A stretch of DNA of 64,000 nucleotides from Eledone cirrhosa. Taxonomy: Eukaryota. The stretch is taken from contig OZ024742.1 of NCBI GenBank assembly GCA_964016885.1, positions 329,778,001 through 329,842,000 on the forward strand, given 5' to 3'. Below the pieces are notes generated by a model. It searched no databases and had not been told where the DNA came from. It saw nothing but the letters and a program-made list of their open reading frames with translations. Below are positions 11,211 through 22,545 of this stretch, piece by piece (within the stretch, counting starts at the first letter, position 1; the number at the start of each line of letters is the position of its first letter). Both the position numbers and the translations under genes were made by a program.

Positions 11211-14200
11211 TACCACGAATTGATTACCCCTTGGAGGATAAGGATAAAACGGGACAAAGTAAAGTAAATGTCAAATGATAAAATCTCATACCGGATCGGC
11301 CGTCACCCGGGTTAAAAATGGCCGCGTCCCTCAGAGAGGAACCAGATTGGGGTCGAACAATCAGCTCATGGTTCAAACCTTCCCATCACTTCGGAGCTGG
11401 AGACCTCCTATAACCGGAATACTCCTACTGTTGGCCCTCCATGCTCACCACCAAGAAATGCAAAGAAAAAAGAGAAAAATTGTCAAAGGAAGATAAAAAA
11501 GTCCTTGAGACTTTCTACACTGCCATGTACTACCCATGAAAACATCGAATATAGAACAGACATATATCAACTGGAAAAAGAAACATCCCGAAAACAGAGT
11601 CTATATTGACAGTAACAAACTAGCCAATATAAGAAGAAATATTGTTAAAAAAAGTTACTATCTGATATAGAAATTGATCAGATCAAGCTATTAGCGCAAA
11701 GTCAGCGAAGGGAAAATGAAACATGTGTAAGCGAAAACGAGGTAAATTGTAACACTTCGAATCCCAGGGTTGGGGCGGTATCACTGACAACAGAACAAAT
11801 TAAAGAAAGGATCGATAAAGTGGAGGGATTACATGCTGAAGATGAAACTCAAAATGAAAACAATGAGATCATAAATGATAAAGAAATGAATGAGAATGAA
11901 CTTACCAACTTGAAGGATGAAATTATGATCGAATGGATGAAAATGAAAGAATCTGACATGGGGGAAAAGAGACACCCTCCCTAAGATCCAGAACTCCGAA
12001 CAGAAACAAAAGATAATACACAAGACTAACATAATTCACAAAAACATTATCATCACATACAAACTAAACATGACTGATTTAAATCATCTCTATTATGCTT
12101 CGGGTAAATCATCACTCACTTATGTGGAGTGAAAATGAAAAAAGAAAGGAATTCCAACAAAAAATCTACTTGGCAAGAGAACATATATCGCCAAATAAAC
12201 CTTCTCCGATCTGACATAGAAATGTTAACAAACTACAAAGTAGGTGAACATGTTAAACAAACTAAACTTAGAAAATTGAAAAGAAAATACAGTATAAAAT
12301 CAACAAGTGACATAGACATGCTGATAGAAGTAATCAAGCAAAAAGTGTCGGCCAAAGCTGCTCGTATAAGGCGCTTTGAAAAACGATCTAGATTCTATAA
12401 GGACAATAATATGTTCAAAAACAACCAAAGAAATTTCTACAGAAAAATTGGCATGTCTACAATAACTGCTAAATCAATACCACCCAAGCAGGAAGTGCAA
12501 GAATTCTGGGAAAAGATCTGGGCCGGAGAAAAATTTCATAATATACATCTCCCATGGATAGTAGACAAATGAAAGATACAACTCACCTTGAGGAACAAAC
12601 ATGGGAAAATATAACAGTTGAACAGTTGCGCTTGGCTCTTAGAAAAACCAGCAAATGGAAATCCACAGAAAATGCCAAAATACCAAATTGTTGGATAAAT
12701 GCCTTCACAGAGTCTCATGAGCTGTTAGCCCAACTTTACAATGAAATAGTTAAGGAGCCAGAAAAGATACCATCATGGCTAGTTAACGGCATTACATTCC
12801 TGCTTCCGAAGAATGATGAGACAAACAATCCCAAAAATTACTGATCGATAACTTGCTTGACCACAATGTATAACATTTTAACATCAGTCCTAAATGCATA
12901 TACATATGATCATCTGATAACAAATGACCTATTTCGCAATGAGCAGAAAGGGTGTAAACGAGACTCATATGGCTGTAAGGACCAGCTTTTGGTTAACAAA
13001 ATGATACTGGAAGATTGTCATAATAGACACAAAAATCTATCAATTGCTTGGATAGATTATAAAAAAGCATTCGATAGTTTGCCAGACAGTTGGATTAAAA
13101 CATGTTTAAAGATTTTCAAAATATATCCCGTTGTCAGGAGGTTCTTGTCATTCAGTATGAAGACATGGAAAACGACACTCCTTTTGAATAGTGAAAGAAA
13201 AATCACTGGAAGCTGGAGAAGTTAATATTAATTGTGGAATTCTTCAGGGTGATTCTTTATCACCGCTTTTATTCTGCATCGCACTTACACCATTAAGTAA
13301 AATGCTCAATGAAACAAAACATGGATATAAAGTCTATGACAAAACCATTAATCACTTGTTCTACATAGATGACCTGAAACTATTTGCAAAAAATGATGAA
13401 CAATTGCAAGGGCTATTATCCACTGTGGACAGTTCAGTGATGACATTAAAATGGAGTTTGGACTAGATAAATGCGCCAAAGCAACGCTCACCAGAGGAAA
13501 ACTGCTGAAAAGTTCAGACATTAATCTTGATCGGGGGAATTTGATAAGAGAACTTGATAAGAGGAAACTTACAAATATCTAGGTGTTTGTAAAGGAGACG
13601 GAATCAAGCACTCGACAATGAGGTAAAGGATAAGGAAGGAATGTTACCGCAGAATTGAATGCAAGGAATAGGATCGATGCCATAAAAACGCTTGGCATAC
13701 CTACAGTTACAAAGTCATCAACTGGTCCAGCACAGAGATCCGTAGGCTCAATTAGATATTACGTTGAAAACTGCAACAATGGGATTATCAACATATCTAA
13801 GGGAATCACAACATTGGATGATCAAACTCGTTTTGAAACACGAAAGCATCAAAAGATCATACTCCATTACAAAAGATGCACAACGATGCAGTAATGGACT
13901 ACACATTTCAGAAGTCCCATTTACTGCTGATATGGAAAACACAGAAAAAGCAAAGCAGGTAAAAGTAACTGCAAAGAAATAACTGCTACAGAAACTGGCT
14001 AAGAAATGGCAAGAAAAGCCTATGTATGGAAAATACCCAGAAAGAGCTAACAATCCTGATGTTGACAAAACTTTAACCCATCAGTGGTTGGCATCCTCTG
14101 GACTGAAATCGGAGACCGAAGGACTGATTATTTCAGCACAAGATCAGTGTCTGCCAACAAAGAATTACCAAGCCAACATAATAAAAAATGGATGCAGCCC

Positions 14201-14895
14201 ATTATGCCAGAGACCATTGATCATATATTTTCAATGTGCAGTCCTATAGCTCCTGCCGAATACCTAAACAGGCATGACAGAGCTGCACAATACATACATT
14301 GGATAATGTGTAAGCATTTTGACCTGCCCCATCAAAAGAATTGGTGGGAGCATCAACCACCTCCCATACTTGAAGAAGATCACATCTCAATTTTGTGGAA
14401 CTTTAGCATCCAAACAGACCGAACAATAGATGCAAATAGAGCTGATATAATACTGGAGGACTTTAAAAAGAGGGTATGCCTGCTAATTGATATGTCCGTT
14501 CCAATAGACAAGAATGTATCTATAAAAACATTTGAAAAATTGAGCAAGTATAAGGACCTGGAGATAGAAATTGGAAAAATGTGGAAATTGAGAACTAAAA
14601 CAATACCAGTGGTTGTAGGCGCTCTAGGAATGATACCTAAGGGGTCTAATGATTACTTATCGCAAATCCCAGGAAACCCGCGTATAGGAGAAATACAAAA
14701 GATAGTACTAATGGGAACTTCCCATATACTAAGGAAGATTCTTTCAATATAAGTACATCACAAGTCTAAACAGCTAAAGATGCATGTGTGTGTATGTATG
14801 TTCTTTCTTGAACATGGCGGACCTTGTTGTCTCTTGAGGTCACTGGTTGTGACTTGGTGATAACTCGTATGAACATAAGGCAAGATAAATGCACC

Positions 14896-14896
<1 letters not shown>
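11211..14896 (+). mobile_element. R4/Dong-clade element, copy 2, near full length, degenerate (RT, CCHC, restriction-like endonuclease)
   Basis: EQKGCKRDSYGCKDQLL, WIDYKKAFDS, GILQGDSLSPLLF, HLFYIDDLKL, ETIDHIFSMC, RHDR, RADII..IDMSVP..KLSKY. Stop at 14752. (TAA)n on both sides. Confidence 0.93.

Positions 14897-14934
<38 letters not shown>
14897..14934. repeat. (TAA)n shared as 3' tail by R4 copy 2 (+) and Tx1 copy C (-)
   Basis: Directly visible between the two 3'UTRs. Confidence 0.97.
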
Positions 14935-14935
<1 letters not shown>

Positions 14936-15178
14936 TTTTCTTTATTAACCACAAGGGTTTACATAAAGTAGACATTAAGGACAGTACAGGACAATACAGG
15001 ACGGTACAAATGGGCATTTCTGAGTGTAAAAAAAACAGAGGATGAAATAGAATAACAAAGAAAAATTCCCCAACAGGGGGGAGACTTCCTAGGGACATTT
15101 GTGGAGAAAGCCGATTAAAAAACCACAGTGAACGTGACCACCAGTGCAAGTGCCCTATCCCAGTTTTCCACCCTTAAT

Positions 15179-18100
15179 TTACAGACACATACTCAGAGAA
15201 GGCCCATTCATTCGGGCCATACTTGCTTCTCTCACCCATCTTTCAACAAAATGCTTGGAAGCCAGCACTTCCCTCTCTACCCTGATTTTCCTTTTCAAAT
15301 GAAATTTGAAAAAGTTAATCAGGGCATCACCGAAGAGGTAAGTGCTCGTCTTCAGCCCTTTCAAACGTGTCCACCATACTATCTCTTTCGCCATGGCCAC
15401 CAGACAGATAAAAACTGTCTGCCCTTCCCGGCTAAAGGAAGACGGCGGGGCAATCCTCACGATGGACTCAGCTGATAGCTGGATCCGTCCTACACGTGAC
15501 AGCAGGTGTTCGACATAAACCCACAAGTCAGCAATGCTCGGACACTGGCCGAGTGCGTGCAGGACGGTTTCGTTGCCCTGTGCGCATCTCGGACATTCCC
15601 GACTGACGGCACCTCCATGCATGTAGAGTTTATCCCGAACTGGCAAAGCTCCCCGGTAGCACTGCCAGGCCAGGGATTTCTGGAAGTTGTCCATAGGCCC
15701 CGGCCCGAAAGTCCTTCCCAAGAGATTGGCTAGTTGATTTTCGTCGACGCCTAGAGTTTCTCCAAGTACGTCGTCGCTCTTCCCCTCCACTAATCCCCTA
15801 TAGAACGCCAAGGTGGAGTTTCCACCGATCATATTGCCCGATTGGTCAAGGGTTGTGACCGTCTGAAGACATTCCAGTCTCCAAGCGCTCCGTCTCGGTC
15901 TTCGCTTGACCCAGGACTGCAGCTCTGTCAAGGAGACGACCTGGGAAAAAACGTGTCTAGCAAACGGTGACCACACCTGATCACCGTCGAGGAAGAGGTG
16001 GAGATGTCGTAGCCTGAGCGCGTGTCTGCGCATCATCAGCCACGGCATGCCCAGCCCTCCACGTAGCGGGTGTTGACAGCAGATGGACCGCCTGACCATT
16101 GGAGCGCATCCCTTCCACAAAAAGCGAAAGAGCAAACGCTCCAGCGCAGTCAAGGTACGACTGGTCAGATGACGGACACGATGTACGCGTTAGCCACCTC
16201 CGCTCGACCTTTCAGGGATAGATTCCTCTCCGCCCATTTCTGGGTGAGAGAAGCCACCCTGCTCGTCACCTCGTCCCAGTTTTTGTCCGTCTGGAGATCC
16301 GGACCGAACCAGACCCCAAGCAATTTAACCGGTCCGTCCGTCCAGCGCCCGACGACGCTGTTGGACGGCATGGACCTGCCTCTCCAGGTGCCGAGCTGCA
16401 GGCCCACTGACTTTTCCTGTTTGATCATTGCTCCTGTCACCGCTTCGTATTCTCTTAGTGTAGTGCCGATCGCCTCGATGTGTTTGGCGTTCGACACCAC
16501 TACGGTGACATCGTCCGCATATGCTGACACGGATCTTCCGCATCCTAGTTCGCGCGGGACCCCCCTCAACGTCTCCAGTTTGTGTAGTAATGGCTCGAGA
16601 TTCAATACGTACAATAGGGACGAGAGGGGACATCCTTGGCGGACCGAGCGCATAATGTTGAACGGTTCCGAAAGGTGACCGTTCACTCTCACTACAGAGC
16701 ACATGTCGCTGTGCATGGCAGCGATCCAGCCTCTGAAGACGAGCCCAAAGCCAGCCGCCCTCAGGACTGCCGCTAGGTAACGATGGTCGACCCTATCGAA
16801 GGCTTTCGACTGATCTAAATTGATCAAAGATCCACCCGTGCCAGGTTCCCTAGCTACCCTCTCTACTATGTATTGCATGAGGTGGAGGTTGTCGTGGATC
16901 GATCTGTCGGAAATGGCGCATGTCTGTGCCTCTCCCACCAGACCACCATCGACAAGCGCCAACCCCTTTGCTAGCACCTTGGCCAAAATCTTGAACTCTG
17001 TGTTTAGCAGAGTTATGGGCCTAAAATTATCTATGTTATCCCCCTTGTTTGTATCCTTTCTCAACAGCGCCACCGCTCCTCGGCTCACAGAGCTGGGAAT
17101 TTTCCCGTTCTGTTGCCAGTTGCAGTAGACGTCCGCCAAGAATCCTCCGAACAAGTCTGGCATTTGTACGTAAAGTTCATAGAGCAGACCATCCAAACCA
17201 GGCGCTTTACCCCTTGTGCAGCCAGTCATTGCCTCACGTACTTCAGCGGTTGTTATCGGCTTTTTGCAACACTCCGCCTCAGTGGCCGAAAGCCTCGGCA
17301 GTCCGTCGAGGTAAACACTAAAGTCCATCCCTCGAACCGGCCCGCCACTGCCCCCGAACAGTTGAGCGAAGTGTCGCTGAAAAGCTTCACACATTTGCCC
17401 GGGATCGAGTAGCATGCGCCCGTCGTGGTCCACCAAAGACCGGATCGTGGCTTTGTTGCCACGACGCGCCTCCGCCACTCGGGCCCATTGAACGGCTTTC
17501 GTCCCCTCGTGTCTGAGAGCAAGCACCCTAGCTCTGACAACGCAGCCTTCGTGCTCTGCATTGAAGAAATGGTCAAGGGACAATTTCGCCGCAAGTACGT
17601 CGGTCGCGATGCCTTTGCGAAGCGCCTCGTCTAATTTTCTAACAAATTCTCCCTCTGCTCTATTTTTCTCTATTGCTAAAGCCTTACTAAACCTAATGGA
17701 CTCTATTCTAATAGCTCTTTTCAGAGCAAACCACCACTTGTTGTTGACGATGGCCCCCGTCAACGCCCGCTTAACTAGTTCGCTAATCCGGTCTCTGTAG
17801 GCCTTGCGCGCTGGTAAGGACGCGTTTACCTTCCAGTAGCCGGGTCCTCGTCTATGAAGCCTATCTAATTCAAGCACACAGATCACGAATTTGTGGTCCG
17901 TGTAGCTGACTATCTTGAATTGTGGACAGCCTATGCTAGACCTATCTATTTCTCTACAAAATACTCTATCTAGATATGATCTGGATGACCCTATGCGATT
18001 TGTCCAAGTCCACATTGGTACATTCGGGAAATCCATTCGGTACCTGTCAGAAAGTTCAAAACGCCTGAGCAGGTTGGTGAGACTCTTGCACCCTCCTTCG

Positions 18101-18573
18101 CTATCCACTAATCACACACAATCCCAGCGTGCATCTAAGATCCCGTTCCAGTCGCCCACTAACACTAAAGAGCGGGACGTTCCAAGAAAGGTCTCCAGAT
18201 GCCGAAAGAAATCAGGCCGCCCTGCTCCTGTCGGGGCATAGACGGCCACTAACCTGAAAGCTTGCCCGTCTCCGCTGGTCACGTCCAGCACCACCAACTT
18301 ACCTTCTGGGTCCAGGAAGATGGCCCGTATGGCAAGATCCAAACCTCTCCGAAAAAGCACAGCAACTCCTCCCCCCGATCCCGGTCAGCTGGGAGATGCG
18401 TACACATCGTAGCCGCCGAAGATCGGTGCGAAGGCCCGTGCTTCGGAGATTCTGGTCTCGCTGATGGCCACTACATCTATGTTTAGTGACCTGAGGTCGT
18501 TGAGCAGGTGGCCCTGCTTCCATGACGACCCCAAGCCACGCGCATTTATGCTGCCTATTCTGAGTGAGGTCAT
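15179..18573 (-). pseudogene. Tx1 copy C ORF2 (APE, RT, C-terminal CCHC), about three lesions
   Basis: ORFs 18385-18573, 18112-18360, 16165-18108 (647 aa; NFRPITLLN, QGCPLS, YADD) and 15179-16153 (CPRC..ETVLHALGQC). Confidence 0.93.
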
Positions 18574-18607
18574 GTTGAAAAGGGGTGGAAAAGATGGGAA
18601 AGACCAC

Positions 18608-20489
18608 TTACCTTACTTCTCGTACGGGAAGGACGGTTTTTCCATCCTTTTCACTGCTTGTGGCCTCCTCAGGAAGGATGTCCTTATAAATCCTCCTGGA
18701 GAGTGTTTGTCGGAAGTCTCCGATGTCTTTGGGGAATTTTTGTTTTAGTGTCATGTACGTTTTCTGTGTGATGCGAGTGATTTGTATGTGTGGAGGTGGT
18801 GTGAACCTTTGGGTTGTTGTGTAGTCTTTTTCTGTGATGTTGGATGTAGTGTAATAATTGGTTGTTGTTCAAATTTAATGCTGTGTAGTGTGTATCGTTT
18901 TGGTTGTTTTGTTTTGTTAGCGTTTGTTGTGGGTTTGTTTCTATTGCGCTTTTTGGTGACTTTTGTGATGTTGGGGTTAATGATGGTGATAGTGTTGGTG
19001 TTTGTGATGCTGGTGTGGATGGTGGCATATCTGTCCTAACCTTTTTGTTTGATAGTTTATTGTTTCCCTCTGTATATTGTTTTTGGAGGGGAGGTGAAGA
19101 GAATTTTTTTTTTTGTTTTTTTTTTCTTTTTTCCTGATACCGTTTCCCACTCCTCGTCGTCACAATCTGTCTCCAGTTGTGATAAGCCAGAGAGTTGAAA
19201 ATCCTCCACAGGCGTTGGTTTTGATTGGGGCGTGGTGGATGGTGTAGGCGCTGGTGCTAGTTCTGGCGCGTTGGGTGGTGGTGGTGTTGGTTTTGCTACT
19301 GTTGCTGGGGTTGTTGCTGTTACAATTTCTTCTGTTGTTGCTGCTACATTTATTGCTGCCATCTCTGCTGCTGGTGGTGTTGATCGTTGAGTCACTGGGT
19401 TGGGTAAGAGAGGTGGCCTCAACCTTTTAGCCTGAGGGCAGAAAGCCCTTAGGTGGGTTCTTTCACCAGAAACGACACACCTAGGCCTTCTGCCCTCGAC
19501 GATTACGGTGAGGTGGCTGCCGTCAGTGAGGTCTATTACCTCTGGGATCTCCTCAATGCTTTTATCGTCTGCTTCGATCAGGTGCTTCATCCCAGATGCG
19601 TACCAGTACTCCTGATTTTTTTCTTTCGCTATTTCGATTATCTTGGTGTTGGCCTCGATGCCGGCGAGGACGGCAGCCATTAGCCAGGGAATTTCGATGG
19701 CCGGTGGAACGTGGGTCACCCTGATCTTCACGAGTCTCTGGCCACAATAGCTTGGGATGAGTGTGAAGTCGTCACTTCTTAATGGGGACATGGAGTGTTC
19801 TCTGGCCTCCTGTGCTGTTTCAAAGAACACGTCCACGGTTCCATATTTCTGCCCACGGCTGATGTGGGCTTTTTTTGCCCACACATCTCCCAAACCTTTT
19901 TGGATTTGGGACTCGGATGCCCGTTCCACTCGGCACGATTTTATGTTAATCGTCCGATAAGTCACGGTGCATAGGCGACGATGGTCCATTTTGTTAGGTG
20001 TGTGTGTGTGGGGGGTGACCCTGTACCCATATTTCTTTACCATTCCTTTGGCTTCTTCTAATTCCTCCTGAGTTACTTGGATCGCTTCGCACGTTTTTGG
20101 TACTCTCGCAAAAGACGGTAGTTTTCTTAATTTCATTGTTGCTGTTGTTGTTATCGTTATTATTGTTATTGTTAATTTTAGTTTCAGTTGTGGGGGTGGT
20201 GGTGTCAGTGGTGTCGGTGTGGAAGAGTTCATTTCGATATCACGAGATAAATTATGTTTTTCTTTTGTTTCTGTTGTCGGTGTGGTGGCGGGGGGGGGGG
20301 TGCTTTATCACCTGCAGTCATTGGTAATGGCGGGAAATGAATGTCTGCATGAGGTAAATTTAAAATATTGCAACAGCTCATATTTTTAGTCTTGGCAAAC
20401 GTAGTAATATTTACAATGGTGGTGTCGGTGTGAGGTGTTAGTTTGTGAGGAAGGCTCTCGGCTACTTGGTGCAGCTGTGAGTCAGCCAT
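18608..20489 (-). pseudogene. Tx1 copy C ORF1, frameshifted
   Basis: ORFs 20229-20489, 19057-20232 (TVTYRTI, HISRGQKYGTVDVFF, CVVSGERTHLRAFC) and 18684-19163; ends ...PVREVR*. Confidence 0.85.
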
Positions 20490-20707
20490 GATTTTCTTAA
20501 AGCAATTTTTTTTTTTTTTTATAATTATAAAAATTTAAATTTTGGGCACAAGGCACCAATCCTTTTGACTGTCCTTTTCAGAAAAAAATGTATGTGCACT
20601 TATATACAGCTAACAATAAAAATGTTCCATAAATGGCAATTGTAAAGAACTGAAAATAACAAACCTTTGCGGAGCTCACGATAATATGATTTACTAAGTA
20701 GGTCGCC

Positions 20708-20739
<32 letters not shown>

Positions 20740-20752
20740 TAGTAATAATAAT
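20708..20752. repeat. (AAT)n at the 5' end of Tx1 copy C
   Basis: Directly visible. Confidence 0.95.
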
Positions 20753-20992
20753 GGAGTGGCCGTGAAGGGAAGTGGCAAACTGTGAAAAAAAAAGGAAAAG
20801 TGGACAATTCTCCCACAAAAACAAACAATTCCAAAAAGCGCATCACACAAATAGAACACAAAATACTAACACAAATCTACACATTAAAACCAATTCACCA
20901 TCAAAATCATTATTATAACCACCACCACCACCACCAACACCATAATCACCACCACCATAACCACCACCACTACCACCAACACCACCACCAGC

Positions 20993-21024
<32 letters not shown>

Positions 21025-22350
21025 CAGCAATCTCAGCAAGAAGAACCAAACACTACTCCGCAACAACAACAGCAAATACAACGAAAAGACACTACACACA
21101 ATTAAACATTAGCAATAATCATTTACGCCATTATATGCAACACAACGAAATAAATAACACCCCAGGAAATCGTACCACCCACACTTATAAACAAGATACC
21201 TGAGCACATACATACAAATAAAAACAGAAATTTCCCAAATTCAACTGGGGACTTCGATGGGATCATATCAAGAAGAATACATAGAGACATTATTGAAAAA
21301 GACCCCAAACAGACCAGAAGGTTGACGCTACCCGTGCTTCCTTCAAAGGTATAGGTAAGTGAATGTTCCCAGTTCTCCCACTCTTTATTCAACCTCGCCT
21401 TACACAAAATAGGCAGCTGAAATGCACGTAGCCTGGGCATGTCATTGAAGCAAGGCCACTTGCTCAAAAACCTCACGACAATGAACATAGGTGTGGTGGT
21501 CATCACCGAGTCCAGTATTTTTGAGGCACAAGCATTTGCACTCATTTTCCGTGGCTACGAGTTCTACGCATCACCAATCCATTAGGGATCTGAAGGCGGA
21601 TGTGAAATGTTATTTCGGAAAAACCTGGATCTTACGATACGGACCATCTTCTTGGACCCAAAAGGTAAGTTGTTGGTGATGCTGGATGGGACCAGCAGTG
21701 ACTGCTAACGCTTGCAGGCTAGTGGGTGTCTATGCCCTACATAGGCAGGACGGTCTGATGTCTTCAGGCACCTTGAGACCTGTCTATGTCAATCACGCAC
21801 TTAGTTGTTAATGGGTGACCGGAAATGTATTTTAGACGGATACTTGAAATCCGATGCACTAGCCGATAAAGGAAGAGGGTGTAAAAGCCTCACAAATCTG
21901 CTCATACCTTTTACAATTGTCTGACAGACACCGATTCGATTTCCTGTATGTGCCATTCTGTGCATGGCCAAACAACCTCCGGTGATCCAGATCGTATCTA
22001 GATAGGGTTTTGTTATAGGGAGGTAGATATGGTTAGTACAAGCTGTCCACATTTCAAAATAGTCAACTACACAGCCCCCATATTTGTGATCTGTACAGTC
22101 GACTTAGATAGGCTTCATAGACAGGGTCCTAATTACTGGAAGATAAACACATCCTTTCCTCTCGCGCAAGGCCTACATAGACGGGATTAGGAAATTCGAT
22201 AAGAGGGCATTGACGGGAGCAATTACAACAATGGATTTTGCTTTGTCCTGAAAAGAGCAGTTAGAATTAGTAAAGCAGTAGCAATAAAAAAGTAAAAAAA
22301 TAAGAAATAGATTAGAAGTTACGCTAGTTAGAAAGAAAGAAGTAAGTAGG
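20753..22350 (+). mobile_element. Tx1/L1-clade fragment, copy D (3' half of ORF1 plus APE region), old and degenerate
   Basis: EGKWQTVKKK; GDFDGIISRRIHRDII; nucleotide similarity to the ORF2 start of copies A-C (aagcaaggccacttgctc, atcttcttggacccaaaaggtaag, agatcgtatctagatagggt). Confidence 0.85.
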
Positions 22351-22389
22351 ACCTTGCGGTAAATAAAAAAAATATTTTCATTGTTAATA

Positions 22390-22545
22390 AGAGAAATACT
22401 AGCTTCTACGTTAGGCACAAGTGCAGGAATTTTGGGCGTGGTGAAAGTCGATTAAATCGACCATAGTGCATTACTGATGCTTAATTTTATCAAGACCAAA
22501 ACGACGAAAGTTGAAATTAAAACTAAACGGGGATTGAATGTCGAA
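22390..22545 (-). mobile_element. Degenerate copy of the SINE family seen at 53282
   Basis: ggcacaag..gtcgattaaatcgac..cattactg matches the reverse complement of the SINE 3' half. Confidence 0.7.

Larger units (their letters stand above)
14935..20707 (-). mobile_element. Tx1/L1-clade element, copy C, full length (~5.8 kb)
   Basis: 5'UTR, ORF1, ORF2 and a 3'UTR with AATAAA (14941-14946, minus strand); (ATT)n at both ends. Confidence 0.95.

Noticed and set aside
11211-11400. HDV-like ribozyme at the R4 5' end
   Set aside because: Expected for some R4 elements and a cggcc/ggcc-type hairpin is present, but I could not build the double pseudoknot by eye.
162-20327. Plus-strand ORFs over the Tx1 copies, including poly-Leu/Val hydrophobic ORFs (4546-5133, 10451-10750)
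   Set aside because: Antisense shadows of GC-rich coding sequence and of (AAC)n tracts; not conserved between copies.
1-20707. Array as a segmental tandem duplication or assembly collapse
   Set aside because: The two R4 copies and the Tx1 5'UTRs and ORF1s are too divergent; they are independent insertions.
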